Shown piece by piece: positions 39,648 to 49,835 of a stretch of DNA of 61,008 bases. Numbering within the stretch: the stretch's first letter is position 1; the number at the start of each line of letters is the position of its first letter. This stretch comes from Opitutia bacterium (lineage in GTDB: Bacteria > Verrucomicrobiota > Verrucomicrobiia > Opitutales > UBA953), in contig CANBWJ010000128.1 in the NCBI GenBank assembly GCA_947373115.1, positions 1-61,008 of the forward strand, in the 5' to 3' direction. Under the pieces are notes generated by a model, which saw only the letters and a program-made list of their open reading frames with translations, searched no databases and was not told the origin of the DNA. Position numbers and translations under genes: made by a program.

Positions 39648-42600
39648 TTAGGCTGTATAAGAGCCAGATGCGGTGAATTTGATAATGGTGTTTGAACCGC
39701 TCGTCGAGATTGTTGGCGAGCCAGTCGTTGTCCCCGTGTAGTTTGCAGTGGGAACCGACAGAATAACAACGCCGGAGCCGCCCGCCGATGATGCCGTGCC
39801 ACCACCGCCGCCACCGCCGCCGGTATTAGCAGTTCCGGAAGTTGGGGCTGCGCCGCTTTTAGATCCCGCCCCGCCGCCGCCAAGGCCGCCATTGCCCGCA
39901 GTGCCTGTGGAGCCAGTCCCGCCACCGCCGCCGCCACCGCCGTAATAGATAGAATTTACAGAAATTGTTGTAGGAGACGACACAGTTTGCGAGACGTTAA
40001 TATTGTAAGTTCCTGCACCGCCAGTGCCGGTGCCAAGAGATGTAATGGTTGTCCCTGCGGTAACACCTGTGCCGGAAATGACAGAGCCAACCGTCAGCGT
40101 CCCGGATGTAACGGCGCTGACGGTGAGAACCGTCGTCGCGATTGTGCCGGTGACGACTGCGGATGTACCGTTAATGGTTGACGCAACGCCGACGCCTCCG
40201 TTTCCACCCGCCGCAGACGCGCCAGCCGCGCCAACCGCGCCAGCGCCACCACCGCCGCCGCCTGCGGAAAGTGTGACCAAATCGGTCGCAACGTAGTTGG
40301 AGCTGTTGCCGCCGGAGTTTCCCTGCCCCGGAGTTCCAGCCGCGCCCACGTTCTCGTAGCTGTAAGTATTAGAGCCACCCGCACCACCGGCGCCGGAACC
40401 GCCAGTTTTGGGCGAGGTTTGGCTGTCGCGGCTTGCAGAACCGCCGCCGCCCAAGGCGACGACAGCCATGAACTGGGAATAACCGCCACTTCCAAGCGAT
40501 GAACTGCCAGCGGCACCAACGACGACGGAGTAAGTGGTTCCGGGAACAAGTTGTGACGACCCCTCAAAAACACCGCCGCCACCGCCGCCACCGCCGCCAT
40601 TGCTGCCGCCGCCGCCACCACCAGCAACGACAAGCCAACGGGCTCCGTACCCAGTCGCGGCTGTTCCTCCGGCAGTTGCGATGACATCGACGATGTCGCC
40701 CACAGAAGCGGCGGTCGCCAGAACGATGGCGGTGCCGGAGGTGGCTGTATAGTCGGAGGGACTAAGCAGCACACCGTTGATGTAGACTTGAACGTAGCCA
40801 ACCGTGTACGCGGCAGTGAAGCTTGTTTGGCCCGCAGTCGCAGTGAATGTTGTGCGGGCATAAGATCCGCCGCCGCCGCTTGAAGCGGCCCACGCCGGGA
40901 TGCCGCCCGAAAGGGTCAGGACATATCCGTTGGTGCCAGCCGCAAGCTTCGACAAGGTGTTGGTGGCCGAGGCGTAAATGATGTCGCCGGTGGCGTATGT
41001 GGAGAACCCAGTGCCGCCGTTGCCAGCGACCAGTGTGCCCGCCAGCGTGATAGCGCCGGTTGTGGCGGTACTGGGCGTCAAGCCGGTCGATCCGGCGGAG
41101 AAGCTGGCCACGCCGCCCGTGCTGGCGGACCAAGTTGCGGTCGTTCCGTTAGAGGTCAGAACATACCCGTTGGCGCCGATGGCTAACCTGCCAGCGGTGT
41201 TCACCCCGGTCCCGATGATCAGATCGCCGGTCGAGGTGATCGGGGAAAGGGCATTGAACCCTGCGGCGGCTGTGGTCTGGCCGGTTCCGCCGTAGGCAAT
41301 GCCTAAAGCGTTCGTCAGGTTCAGTGTGCCGATGGTGACAGTGCCGCCGGAGGCAATGCTCATCGCGGTGACGGCGCCGTTATTGCCGACCTTGAAGAGG
41401 ATGCTGTCAGTGGTGCCGACGCCCGTCGTCGATTGCAGGACCAGAGAAGAGGATGCAGCCACGCCGCCGATGATGACGGGGGAGGTGACGGACGTGCCGA
41501 ATGCGGGGTTGGCGACCGTCGAAACAGTCACGGCACCAGTAGCCGCCGAAACCGAGATGTTGGTGCCATTCGTGATGGAGGTCACCGCCACGCCGGAAAG
41601 CGTCGTCCACGACGGGGCGCCAGCGCCGCTGGAAGTCAGGAACTGGCCAGACGTGCCCGCCGAAGAATAGGCGTGGGCAGTGCCAGTGCCGTACCCAATG
41701 CCGCCGTTCGTGGGAGTGGCCGTGCTGTTCGTGCCGCCGTTGAGAATAGGCAAGATGCTCGTTACGTCAGACGTCAGGACGACCTGTCCCCATGCCGGGG
41801 CAGTAGCAACGCCGCCGGAGCGCAGGACGTTGCCGGTAGCTACAGCCGCCAGTTTCGACAGCGTTGTCGAAGCCGAGGCGTAGAGAAGATCTCCAACAGC
41901 GTAGGAGGAGATGTTAGTGCCCCCGTTCGCAACGGGGAGAACGTCGGTGATGCCGGTCGTCAGGCTGACCTGTGACCATGTGGGCTGCGCCGATGCGCCG
42001 CCGGAAACAAAAGAGTAACCACTGGTGCCGTAGGTAGCACCACCGATGCCCCACTGGCCCGAAGGCCCTATGCGAAACTTCTCAACCGGGCTTGTGGCAC
42101 CAAGAGCGGTGGTATGAAACGAGATGTATGTTCCCTGCGCTGTGTTGGTAAAGTTCTCGGCGGCTTCCAAGTCGATGCGAACAACGGAAGAGGCGGAGAA
42201 CGCCGACGCGCCATAACCGCGCCCGGTGACCTCGACAAGGATGTCATCAGTCTGAGAGGCGGTGGGAGATGCCGCAGTGCCGCGAGCTTGTCGGCCCGTA
42301 TAGGCGGCGTAGTTGCCGCTGCCGTAGGCGTCCTGCGTAATGCGAGTGTTCGCCGCATTGGCACCCATGATGTAGAGATCGGTCCCCGCAGGGAGTGACC
42401 CCGCAGAAGGAGCAGCCGCCGTCTGCGTGTTCGACACAATCGTCATATTGGCATTTGGGACTGCCGAATTGATGCCGAGGCGGTTATTGGCGTCGTCCCA
42501 GAACAAATGAGCGTTGTCCTGCGTATAGGTGCCAGAAGCGCCAGCGAAGACCACAGAACCCGCCGTGAAGGCGGTGGCCGTACCAGTGCCGCCATTGGCG

Positions 42601-44567
42601 ACAGGCAGTGTCCCAGTCACGCCAGCGGTCAGGGAGAGCTGCCCGAAGGCCGGGTTAGACGACGCGCCGGTGGAGAGCAGTGGGTAGCCAGTTGTGCCGG
42701 GAGCGGCGAAGGCGACGTTGCCCGTGCCGTTGCCGAGCAGGACATTATACGCAGTAAGGGAGGTCAGGCCGGTGCCCCCCAGCGTCGTGGGGACGGTGCC
42801 GAGGCTGATGACAGAGCCGACCTTGGTCAGGGGCGACGTGACTGTAATGCTGCCCACAGCCGAGATCTGCACCCAAGCCAGATCCGTGGAGCCAACCGTA
42901 ATCGTCCCCGAGGTTGTCATCGACCAGCTTGTCGCTGAGTTGGTGGACCCGCTAGTGACGAAAGTTGCAGCGCCCGTCTCGATGAAATTGGGGCCAGTGC
43001 CGACCGTATTGAAGTCGGTGGCGCGGGTCAGCACCCACGCGGCGGCGCCAGAGCCCTGATTGGTGACGGTGTAGATGCCGTTTTGAAGGCCCGCCGCCTG
43101 ATTTTTGATGAGGACGCGGGTGGAGTTGGTGACGTCCGTGGCAGTGAACGTGTAGCCGTCGATGACTAGCGCAGCCAGTGCGCCGGAGTTGGTCAGGGTA
43201 GCGCCGACGCCGCCCGTTCCGTTGGCGTAATTGGCCGTCAGCGCGGCAGTCGTGGCGTAGCTGGATGCCGCGTGGAAGGTCGTGTTCGAAACCGTGCTGA
43301 CCTGATTGTCCACATATTGCTTGGTGGACGCCTGAAGGGCCGCAGTCGGGTCCTGCGTCAGGGTAACGCTTGTCAGCCCCGCCAGCGACAAGGCGGTCGT
43401 GCCAAGGACAATATTGGTGCTGCCGATGGTGATAGAGCCATTGGACCATGTGGGGGCGGAACCAGTGTTGGCGGTCAAGATCTGTCCGGTTGTACCGGCA
43501 GACGTGAAGCCCATTGCGGTCGTTGTGTCCCCGTAAATGACGCCGTACTGCGTCAGGGGGGAGTCCTGACCAGTGCCGCCGCTAGTGACGGGCAGCCTGC
43601 CCGTTACATGCGTTGAAAGGCCAATCTTGCCCCAGTTTGGCGCTATGCCAACGCCGCCTGAAACCAGCGCATTGCCGGTGGCGACATCGTTTAAGCGCGC
43701 CAGAGTGGTGGACGAGTTGGCATACAGAAGATCGCCAGTCGTGTAGCTGCCGTAGCCCGTGCCGCCCTGCGTCTCGGACAGCGGGGTTGTCAGGCCCGTC
43801 AGGCTGGTGATGTCGGCGTTGGTGCCGGAAGCAGCCGCGCCGAGGTTTGCACGGGCCCCAGCGGCAGTCGTTGCGCCGGTGCCCCCGTAGGCCACAGCAA
43901 TGGGGGTGCCCTGCCAGACGCCGCCGGTGATTGTGCCAAGCGTAACGGAGCCACTCGCGGACAGTGTCGTGAAGGCGCCGGTAGAGGGCGTTGCGGCGCC
44001 AATTGGTGTCTGGTTGATCGTCGAGGTTGAGATCGCAACGCCGCTGATCGTGCCGCCCGTGATGGCGACGGCGTCGGCGTTCTGCGTGGCCATCGAGCCA
44101 AGGCTGAGATTTGACCAGTAGGGCGTTCCGCCAGCACCTGCGGACGTCAGGACATAGCCCACAGAGCCAGCGCCGATCTGCGCCCAATCAGTAGCGCCAC
44201 GGTACAGCATGCCTCCCTGCGCCGTGCCGATGCTATCAAGCGCAGTGGAAACCGTCGAATTGACGGGGCTGGAAGAGCTGCCCGTGAAGTTGCCCAAGAG
44301 TGTGCCGTTAGGCATCGTCGCAAGGTAATTGCTTGTCACGCTGCCGAGCGGCAGGGAAATGGTGACGGCTGTCCCAACAGTGCTGGATTGCAAGGGCGAT
44401 GTGGCAGTGACAGAATAAATGCCGGTGGAAGGGAAATATGAAGAAGCAAGCGTAGCAATTTGAGCAGACGTAACCCGAACAGTAGAGCCGGATTGAACGG
44501 CTTCAAGCTGCTCGCTACCGTTGAGCGAAGTAGCCGGTGTGAGGTTCGGGATCTGTGAGGCGCTCAT
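39648..44567 (-). CDS. Giant tail fibre (1639 aa) with repeated GGTG modules and poly-Gly tracts
   Basis: Many ...(V/I)A(N/Y)GGTG(A/T)... repeats. C-terminal [31 protein letters not shown] and [19 protein letters not shown]. Confidence 0.7.
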   Translation of the reverse strand: MSASQIPNLTPATSLNGSEQLEAVQSGSTVRVTSAQIATLASSYFPSTGIYSVTATSPLQSSTVGTAVTISLPLGSVTSNYLATMPNGTLLGNFTGSSSSPVNSTVSTALDSIGTAQGGMLYRGATDWAQIGAGSVGYVLTSAGAGGTPYWSNLSLGSMATQNADAVAITGGTISGVAISTSTINQTPIGAATPSTGAFTTLSASGSVTLGTITGGVWQGTPIAVAYGGTGATTAAGARANLGAAASGTNADITSLTGLTTPLSETQGGTGYGSYTTGDLLYANSSTTLARLNDVATGNALVSGGVGIAPNWGKIGLSTHVTGRLPVTSGGTGQDSPLTQYGVIYGDTTTAMGFTSAGTTGQILTANTGSAPTWSNGSITIGSTNIVLGTTALSLAGLTSVTLTQDPTAALQASTKQYVDNQVSTVSNTTFHAASSYATTAALTANYANGTGGVGATLTNSGALAALVIDGYTFTATDVTNSTRVLIKNQAAGLQNGIYTVTNQGSGAAAWVLTRATDFNTVGTGPNFIETGAATFVTSGSTNSATSWSMTTSGTITVGSTDLAWVQISAVGSITVTSPLTKVGSVISLGTVPTTLGGTGLTSLTAYNVLLGNGTGNVAFAAPGTTGYPLLSTGASSNPAFGQLSLTAGVTGTLPVANGGTGTATAFTAGSVVFAGASGTYTQDNAHLFWDDANNRLGINSAVPNANMTIVSNTQTAAAPSAGSLPAGTDLYIMGANAANTRITQDAYGSGNYAAYTGRQARGTAASPTASQTDDILVEVTGRGYGASAFSASSVVRIDLEAAENFTNTAQGTYISFHTTALGATSPVEKFRIGPSGQWGIGGATYGTSGYSFVSGGASAQPTWSQVSLTTGITDVLPVANGGTNISSYAVGDLLYASASTTLSKLAAVATGNVLRSGGVATAPAWGQVVLTSDVTSILPILNGGTNSTATPTNGGIGYGTGTAHAYSSAGTSGQFLTSSGAGAPSWTTLSGVAVTSITNGTNISVSAATGAVTVSTVANPAFGTSVTSPVIIGGVAASSSLVLQSTTGVGTTDSILFKVGNNGAVTAMSIASGGTVTIGTLNLTNALGIAYGGTGQTTAAAGFNALSPITSTGDLIIGTGVNTAGRLAIGANGYVLTSNGTTATWSASTGGVASFSAGSTGLTPSTATTGAITLAGTLVAGNGGTGFSTYATGDIIYASATNTLSKLAAGTNGYVLTLSGGIPAWAASSGGGGSYARTTFTATAGQTSFTAAYTVGYVQVYINGVLLSPSDYTATSGTAIVLATAASVGDIVDVIATAGGTAATGYGARWLVVAGGGGGGSNGGGGGGGGGVFEGSSQLVPGTTYSVVVGAAGSSSLGSGGYSQFMAVVALGGGGSASRDSQTSPKTGGSGAGGAGGSNTYSYENVGAAGTPGQGNSGGNSSNYVATDLVTLSAGGGGGGAGAVGAAGASAAGGNGGVGVASTINGTSAVVTGTIATTVLTVSAVTSGTLTVGSVISGTGVTAGTTITSLGTGTGGAGTYNINVSQTVSSPTTISVNSIYYGGGGGGGGTGSTGTAGNGGLGGGGAGSKSGAAPTSGTANTGGGGGGGGTASSAGGSGVVILSVPTANYTGTTTGSPTISTSGSNTIIKFTASGSYTA

Positions 44568-45076
44568 GTCAGCGGTCCTGTCTGCGGAACGGTCGTGTTA
44601 TTATACGGCAATCCGGGATCATTGCCACCAGCATCCGCAGGAACGGTCGGGCTTGTACCCGGCTGCGTATTGAGGCCATTCGGCGGCTCGCCCGTTTGCT
44701 GCGTGACGCGGGTGTTGTAGGCCTGCGTAATGCGCGTGGCGCCCCTGATCACGGGAATGCCCGTGACCGGGTCTACCGTGTTGGTTCCCGAAGTCGTGCG
44801 CGTGTTCTGCTCCGCCGTGACGAAGTCCTGAATGCGCGGGTTCTGGATCGGGACAGGATCAGCGGGGATCACGATGGCGCGAAGCTGCTCCTGCGGGACG
44901 TCATTGCAGGGAGAGCAGACAAGCAGGCGCTTGTTGATCAGCGAGGCGCCAGCCCAGTCAAATTGCCACTTGAGATCCACATGGTTGTAGCGGAAGCCGC
45001 AGCGGTCACATATCGCATGCGCCTGCGGTGACGTTGCGCTTGTTTTGGCTCTACCGGCCTGAGAGGCATATCCCAT
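44564..45076 (-). CDS. Cys4 zinc-ribbon virion-module protein (170 aa)
   Basis: [13 protein letters not shown]...[18 protein letters not shown]-coupled to the fibre gene. Confidence 0.5.
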   Translation of the reverse strand: MGYASQAGRAKTSATSPQAHAICDRCGFRYNHVDLKWQFDWAGASLINKRLLVCSPCNDVPQEQLRAIVIPADPVPIQNPRIQDFVTAEQNTRTTSGTNTVDPVTGIPVIRGATRITQAYNTRVTQQTGEPPNGLNTQPGTSPTVPADAGGNDPGLPYNNTTVPQTGPLT

Positions 45077-45085
45077 AGGGCCTCC

Positions 45086-45814
45086 TTATGGCCTGTAATA
45101 GCCCGAAATCTGGGGCGATATGTATTGAGCCGCCGTCTCGACGTTCTGTTCGGCGGCGACGGTGTAGGCCTCGTCGGCCAAGGGCTTCAGCATTTGGACT
45201 TTGTCGGGGGCCCAGATGATTGCCAGTCGGGTTGCGAGGCCGTAGGCGAAAGCCTCCATCCAGAGGTAGGGGATTTCAACCTGAGTGCCGGTTTGAAACG
45301 TACCAGTCGTCGTGACGTTTTGGAAAGCGGCATCCTGTATCTGTCGAACGCGGTAATATTTGAGGTACTGCGCGCTCGTCCCGTCAGGAACCGGCCACAG
45401 CGTGACGGTCGGGTTCGGCGAGATCAGGCGGTCGAACCAGAACGTCGTCGTGAAGCCCTGCGTGTCCTTGTTCGGGTAGCTCGCGTACTCGGTGCGGCTC
45501 ACCGGCAGGATGATGCGGTCGATGGGCTGCCCATTGCCGTTGTCGATGACCATGTAGGCGTCGAGCATGGTGACGGTGTTCAGATCGACGTTGTAGGTCT
45601 TCTGGCCCTGCACCAGCGGGACGCTGACAAGGTCAACCGCCCACAGGTTGACGCCCCTGTTGCTCCAGTTGGAGCAGAGCATGTTGGCGGCCATGCGGGC
45701 TGCCTCCAGATGCTCCTGAAGCAGGGACGTGTTCCTGAGCCCAATGAGATTGTACGCATAGAGCGTGATCTCGCCGAGCGACGGATTGAACGTGTAGGTG
45801 CCGCTCGTCGCCAT
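45086..45814 (-). CDS. Virion structural protein (putative head-tail adaptor), 242 aa
   Basis: Track ORF. Pattern LLQEHLEAARMAANMLCSNWSNRGVNLW...SRTEYASYPNK... resembles adaptor-type proteins of podoviruses (weak recall). Confidence 0.35.
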   Translation of the reverse strand: MATSGTYTFNPSLGEITLYAYNLIGLRNTSLLQEHLEAARMAANMLCSNWSNRGVNLWAVDLVSVPLVQGQKTYNVDLNTVTMLDAYMVIDNGNGQPIDRIILPVSRTEYASYPNKDTQGFTTTFWFDRLISPNPTVTLWPVPDGTSAQYLKYYRVRQIQDAAFQNVTTTGTFQTGTQVEIPYLWMEAFAYGLATRLAIIWAPDKVQMLKPLADEAYTVAAEQNVETAAQYISPQISGYYRP

Positions 45815-45823
45815 TGGGTTTCC

Positions 45824-46156
45824 TTACGCCGGGCCAGCCTGAACGATACTGGCCGTGACCGCGCCGGTGCCGCTGGTGACATTGACGCAGATGGCGCGGC
45901 AGGGGACCGTGATGTTGCCGCCAGTCGATGCTGTCAGGGCGCTGAAACCCGTGGCGACGTACCATGTGGCCCCGGCGACGGTGTACCCGGCGGCATTGGG
46001 GTCATCAAGTGAATACTCAATGTTGAAGGTGGGCGTCCCGGACGTGACTTTGGCGCCAACGCCAATGTTGAAGTTGAACTGAAAGTCATCCACAACGCGA
46101 ATGGGGCTGCGAATTTGCGAACCTGTGGCGGCTACGCTGATGCTACCGAGCTGCAT
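45824..46156 (-). CDS. Virion-module hypothetical protein (110 aa)
   Basis: Inner ATG (MQLGSISVAATG...) after AAGGGGaaataac. Track ORF 45824..46195. Confidence 0.5.
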   Translation of the reverse strand: MQLGSISVAATGSQIRSPIRVVDDFQFNFNIGVGAKVTSGTPTFNIEYSLDDPNAAGYTVAGATWYVATGFSALTASTGGNITVPCRAICVNVTSGTGAVTASIVQAGPA

Positions 46157-46157
46157 G

Positions 46158-46319
46158 TTATTTCCCCTTGCTGCGGGCGGCCGCAGCGTTATCAACCAAA
46201 TTTGGATAGGGACGACCGGCTGCGCGGGCGTGAGCCTTGGCGGATTGAACCTGCTTGCGGCTCAAATGCTTTTCCTTGGCGTCCTTCGGGGCGTCTTTTT
46301 CCCAAAAAGGCTTGTCCAT
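46158..46319 (-). CDS. Basic micro-protein (53 aa)
   Basis: Own translation MDKPFWEKDAPKDAKEKHLSRKQVQSAKAHARAAGRPYPNLVDNAAAARSKGK. Below the track cutoff. Confidence 0.4.
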   Translation of the reverse strand: MDKPFWEKDAPKDAKEKHLSRKQVQSAKAHARAAGRPYPNLVDNAAAARSKGK

Positions 46320-46320
46320 C

Positions 46321-46572
46321 TCAGCAATCCCACTTCCGCAGTGACTTGTTGATGCGGCTGTCAGGATCTGCCGCCTTGGCGGAACCCGTCAGCTTGCGCT
46401 TCATGCCGGTCATTCTAGCGCAAAAACTGTCCTTGCGCGAGCCGCCCTCGGGCTGCGGGCGCTTGATGTCGTGGCCCTCGGCCTTCAGGGATGCGCGTCC
46501 TTTGGCGTTCAGCCCGCCCTCGGGGTTTTTGCCTTCCTTGCGGCTCCAAGCACCAGACATTGCAACCTCCAT
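46321..46572 (-). CDS. Conserved hypothetical protein (83 aa)
   Basis: Track ORF. ...WSRKEGKNPEGGLNAKGRASLKAEGHDIKRP...SFCARMTGMKRKLT...DPDSRINKSLRKWDC. Confidence 0.5.
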   Translation of the reverse strand: MEVAMSGAWSRKEGKNPEGGLNAKGRASLKAEGHDIKRPQPEGGSRKDSFCARMTGMKRKLTGSAKAADPDSRINKSLRKWDC

Positions 46573-46628
46573 GCGAATGCGGGGGCACGAATGCCCCCGC
46601 AGTGAACCACCAAGCCGGGGAGGATGGC

Positions 46629-46874
46629 TTAGTAGTTCGAAGCCTTGCCACGGGGCGTACCGTTGCCCGACGCAGAGGACATGACGCTGCCGCCGCTCTT
46701 GCGGGGCTTGCGACCGGCATGAGCCTCAGACATGACGCCCTCAGCCTTCATGCCGACCTTGCCGCCCTTCTTGAAGGCGTCCTTGGTGTTCATGGCCTCA
46801 GAGGCCGTCTTGCTTGCGCCGCCGGAGTAAGCGGTGTGCTTCATTGCGCCGAGTTTGGGAGCTTTACCCTTCAT
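46629..46874 (-). CDS. Basic protein (81 aa) carrying KKGGKV...HAGRKPRKSGG module
   Basis: The module is shared, including at nucleotide level, with 51464..52723. Confidence 0.55.
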   Translation of the reverse strand: MKGKAPKLGAMKHTAYSGGASKTASEAMNTKDAFKKGGKVGMKAEGVMSEAHAGRKPRKSGGSVMSSASGNGTPRGKASNY

Positions 46875-46890
46875 GATCTTCTCCTATGGC

Positions 46891-47343
46891 TTAGGCGTTC
46901 TCAGCCTGAATGTAGCGGACGACAAGGTCGCCGACACCGGCTCCCGTGTTGGCGGACAGGACATAGAGGATGATGTCCGTGGAACCAGTGTTGGACCAGA
47001 GCGTCGTGCGAGTGGCGTCCGTGTTAGGCTGCAAGCCGTTGATGCCGATGGCGGCAACAGAACCTGCCGAGACAAGTTCAGTAGCGGTCGCAGTGGTTCC
47101 AATGCTGATGGTCGAGGCCGCGCCATTCCAAGCCACGGTCGCCAAAATCTGCATCTGAACAATATGGCTGTAGGCGGGGATGACGATTGTCGTTGCCGTC
47201 GCCGTAGCAGTGCCAGCCTGCGTGAGCGAGTAAGTCTGCGCCATCATGGCGAACCCAACGTTCTTGACCGTACCGGCAGTGGTGCCGGTCGTATTCAGGA
47301 CATTGCCAGCCTTGATGGGGCCGGTGAAAGTAGAAGTAGCCAT
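46891..47343 (-). CDS. Capsid-associated protein (decoration-like, putative), 150 aa
   Basis: Start at MATSTF after GCAGGAGGccttt. Thr/Ala/Gly-rich beta-type protein directly downstream of the capsid gene and its terminator. Confidence 0.4.
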   Translation of the reverse strand: MATSTFTGPIKAGNVLNTTGTTAGTVKNVGFAMMAQTYSLTQAGTATATATTIVIPAYSHIVQMQILATVAWNGAASTISIGTTATATELVSAGSVAAIGINGLQPNTDATRTTLWSNTGSTDIILYVLSANTGAGVGDLVVRYIQAENA

Positions 47344-47414
47344 AAAGGCCTCCTGCACGATGAGATCACGCCGTCTGTGCAGCGTCCGCTAGGCCGGTCT
47401 GCGTGATCGGATGC

Positions 47415-47447
47415 CTAGAAAGAAGGGCGGGACCGAAGCCCCGCCCC
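47415..47447 (-). terminator. Rho-independent terminator downstream of major capsid gene
   Basis: Minus strand: GGGCGGG-gcttcggt-CCCGCCC followed by TTCTTTCT. Confidence 0.6.
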
Positions 47448-47453
47448 AATGGC

Positions 47454-48359
47454 TTAGGTCGGGAAAGAGCCGTAAATCGAGCGCCAGTTGTAGTAACCGA
47501 AGCTGTAACGCTCATAGCCCTTGACGAGAAGATTGTCAGTTGTAAAGTCAACTTGCATATCTGTCTCGAATTTAATGCGCTCCATATAGGAGAGCCCATC
47601 AATGTTCGTGAGCAGGAACCAAGCGCGGGCAGAGGTCAGATAGTCGTTGACCATGTAGCCCTCGGGCAGGCCGCCTGCCGTGGACATGATCGCGTTCACA
47701 TCATTGTCCGCCGTGCCGGGGCGCAGCTCAGTCTTGGTCAGGCGGATCGCCACCGGCTCAAGAGCGGGCGGGATCACCAGACGGCGACCGCGAGCAAACA
47801 CCTTCAGACCGGCCTGATCACGGAAGTTCGTGCGGATGGCGATCATGCCAGCCAGCAAGGTGCTTTCGTTCAGGTCGTTGGTGGTGGAGTTCGAGATCGT
47901 CGTGCCATCAATGGGATGGCTCGCCGAGACGAGGGCCACGCCGTCACCACCAACCGCCGCGTTGTAGGTCGTCGCGGTGTTGAGGATGTTGGCGCCGTAG
48001 ATTTCCTTGGTCTGGGCAAAGGACTGCGTCAGGCCGAGGTTGGAAGGAGCAAACTGGCTCTTGTAGAGGTTGTCGTCGATGGCCTTGCGAGTGATCGCAT
48101 AGCCAAGGCCGATTTCCGTGTGCTCCTGATTGTACACGAAACGCTCGCCGGCGCCGTTGTCGAACGCGGTCTGGCCGCCTTCGGTCTTGAGCTGGGCGTA
48201 GCCCAAGAAGCGCATCTCAGCGGTGCGCTCCAGAGCCATCTTGGAGTCGTGCTTGGTGAAGATCTTGTCGTACTGCGACGGGATCTGCTCGTACTGACCT
48301 TCAACGCCCCGGAGGCCGGGGAGGAGAAGATCTTTGATTGCTGAAAGATTAACAGCCAT
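47454..48359 (-). CDS. Major capsid protein (HK97 fold, Mu gpT-like)
   Basis: 301 aa. GQYEQIPSQYDKIFTKHDSKMALERTAEMRFLGYAQLK parallels Mu gpT ...APSQYNKIAM...S...WLG.... Flanked by terminators, which implies high expression. Confidence 0.65.
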   Translation of the reverse strand: MAVNLSAIKDLLLPGLRGVEGQYEQIPSQYDKIFTKHDSKMALERTAEMRFLGYAQLKTEGGQTAFDNGAGERFVYNQEHTEIGLGYAITRKAIDDNLYKSQFAPSNLGLTQSFAQTKEIYGANILNTATTYNAAVGGDGVALVSASHPIDGTTISNSTTNDLNESTLLAGMIAIRTNFRDQAGLKVFARGRRLVIPPALEPVAIRLTKTELRPGTADNDVNAIMSTAGGLPEGYMVNDYLTSARAWFLLTNIDGLSYMERIKFETDMQVDFTTDNLLVKGYERYSFGYYNWRSIYGSFPT

Positions 48360-48374
48360 TGATCCAACTCCTGA

Positions 48375-49064
48375 TTAGGTTCCAAGAACGCCGGACTTCA
48401 TCGCCGTGTTGTTGAACGAGACGATGATGCGGTTATAGGCGGCGGTGTAGTCGTTGCCGGGGATGGACTGGAGCGGGTTCGATCCGTCCGGGGCGTAGTT
48501 GGCGAGGCCAATCACGCGGAAGGGATAGGTCGCCGCAGTGCCCATCACGCTGGTGCTGTCAGCGTAGGCGGTCGAGAGGCCGGTAGACACGTTGCCGGGC
48601 GTGGTGCCAAGGGTGTTCGTGTTTGAGCCAGTGCCCGTGCCATACGCCACGCCGATGTTCTCGCCGATGTTGGCAACGCCAACCGCAGTGGAACCAGCCT
48701 GAACGATGAACTTCGCATTGGGGTCGGTGATAACATAAGCCTCAACGCCCGCAGCGGAGTTCACGTCGCCGACGCCGGGGAAGTAGTTCGACCAAGCGGT
48801 GCGCTTCTGGCTCACCGAGAGGTACTTGCAGCCGATGAACACGCCGACGAGGACGCCGGAGCCAGCCGCAGGGGTGTTGGTGGTGCTGTTGGTGCCGAGC
48901 TGGCAGATATAGCCCGTGCTCAACTGGGCGACGGGGTCGCCGGAGAAGATCTGGGGGTTGGTGCTGCTCGTGGGCGAAATAGAAAGCGCGACCTGCTCAT
49001 AGGTCGGGGCAGATCCAGTGCCGCTGTACTGCTGAAAACCGTTGGGCGCATTGGTATTCGCCAT
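48375..49064 (-). CDS. Capsid-module structural protein (229 aa; second coat/decoration-type, putative)
   Basis: MANTNAPNGFQQYSGTGS...IFSGDPVAQLSTGY... First gene after the late promoter-like region. Exact role is a guess. Confidence 0.4.
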   Translation of the reverse strand: MANTNAPNGFQQYSGTGSAPTYEQVALSISPTSSTNPQIFSGDPVAQLSTGYICQLGTNSTTNTPAAGSGVLVGVFIGCKYLSVSQKRTAWSNYFPGVGDVNSAAGVEAYVITDPNAKFIVQAGSTAVGVANIGENIGVAYGTGTGSNTNTLGTTPGNVSTGLSTAYADSTSVMGTAATYPFRVIGLANYAPDGSNPLQSIPGNDYTAAYNRIIVSFNNTAMKSGVLGT

Positions 49065-49172
49065 GACGGGTTCTCCTTTTTACGGGAAAAGCTCGTCATC
49101 TCACACCGGGGAGACTCGGAAGCCGGGGGTAGCGAACCTCCCGCGCCGGGGGGAGGTAAGGCACAAGGTGAC

Positions 49173-49202
49173 CTTGAAGAAGCATAATATACACATTTGC
49201 AA
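49173..49202 (-). promoter_or_regulatory. Putative promoter for capsid genes (TTGCAA-N18-TTCAAG)
   Basis: Minus strand: -35 at 49202..49197 and -10 at 49178..49173. The -10 resembles the TACAAG/TACAAC of P1/P2. AT-rich spacer ATGTGTATATTATGCTTC. Confidence 0.35.
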
Positions 49203-49231
49203 CAAAAGAAAAGGGGCGCACTGGGCGCCCC
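49201..49231 (-). terminator. Rho-independent terminator after the scaffold-side operon
   Basis: Minus strand: GGGGCGC-ccagt-GCGCCCC followed by TTTTCTTTTGTT. Confidence 0.7.
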
Positions 49232-49277
49232 AATTCCGGTCGATAACTTTGCCTTTTTAGGGGTGAGTTTTCACCCG

Positions 49278-49835
49278 TTACAGATCCTCGGGGATCGGCA
49301 TGTCGAACGTCTTCTTGATGTTCGGGCGGACGCGGGGGTCGTCGCGGGTGAAGGTGCCGTCCGGCGCCCCGGCGATCTGGGCCTCCTTGATGCGCACCTG
49401 CTCGCGGGCGCGGCGCAGATCAATGCGGCGGACCTCCTCCGAGATCTCGGACGGACGCTCCATGAGGAGCATGCCCTTGCGCTCAATGGTGTTCCTTTCC
49501 CACGTCGAAGGCATCATCTGCGGGTGGCGGCTGGCCGGAACCACTTCCCAGCCTTCACGGGCAAGCTGCACCGCATAGGCCGGATCTTCTTGGTTCCAGA
49601 TCGTGTGGCGCTTCCACTCGTAGGTCCAGCCATCAGGGACGATGCCCCTCGGGATGTAGAACTCGTCCGTCCCCTCGTCCATGCCGCCGTTGTCGCCACG
49701 GATCTGGGCGGCACGGGCTGCGGCGCGGGCGCGGGGATCTTCTTCACGAGGCTCGGGGCGCGGGGCTTGGCGCGCAATTTCGGGGACGGCTGTCGCCGCC
49801 TTTTCGGCGAGGGCCCGCTGGAATTTTTCGCTCAT
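49278..49835 (-). CDS. Conserved head-module protein (185 aa), function unknown
   Basis: ...DEFYIPRGIVPDGWTYEWKRHTIWNQEDPAYAVQLAREGWEVVPASRHPQMM...GMLLMERP... ATGA-coupled to the scaffold gene. Confidence 0.55.
   Translation of the reverse strand: MSEKFQRALAEKAATAVPEIARQAPRPEPREEDPRARAAARAAQIRGDNGGMDEGTDEFYIPRGIVPDGWTYEWKRHTIWNQEDPAYAVQLAREGWEVVPASRHPQMMPSTWERNTIERKGMLLMERPSEISEEVRRIDLRRAREQVRIKEAQIAGAPDGTFTRDDPRVRPNIKKTFDMPIPEDL

Noticed and set aside
46578-46601. 10-bp-stem hairpin TGCGGGGGCA-cgaa-TGCCCCCGCA between two late genes, and the 11-bp-stem hairpin at 51391..51426, as terminators.
   Set aside because: Neither is followed by a convincing U-tract on the coding (minus) strand. They may be RNA stability or processing elements, but I cannot support a specific call.
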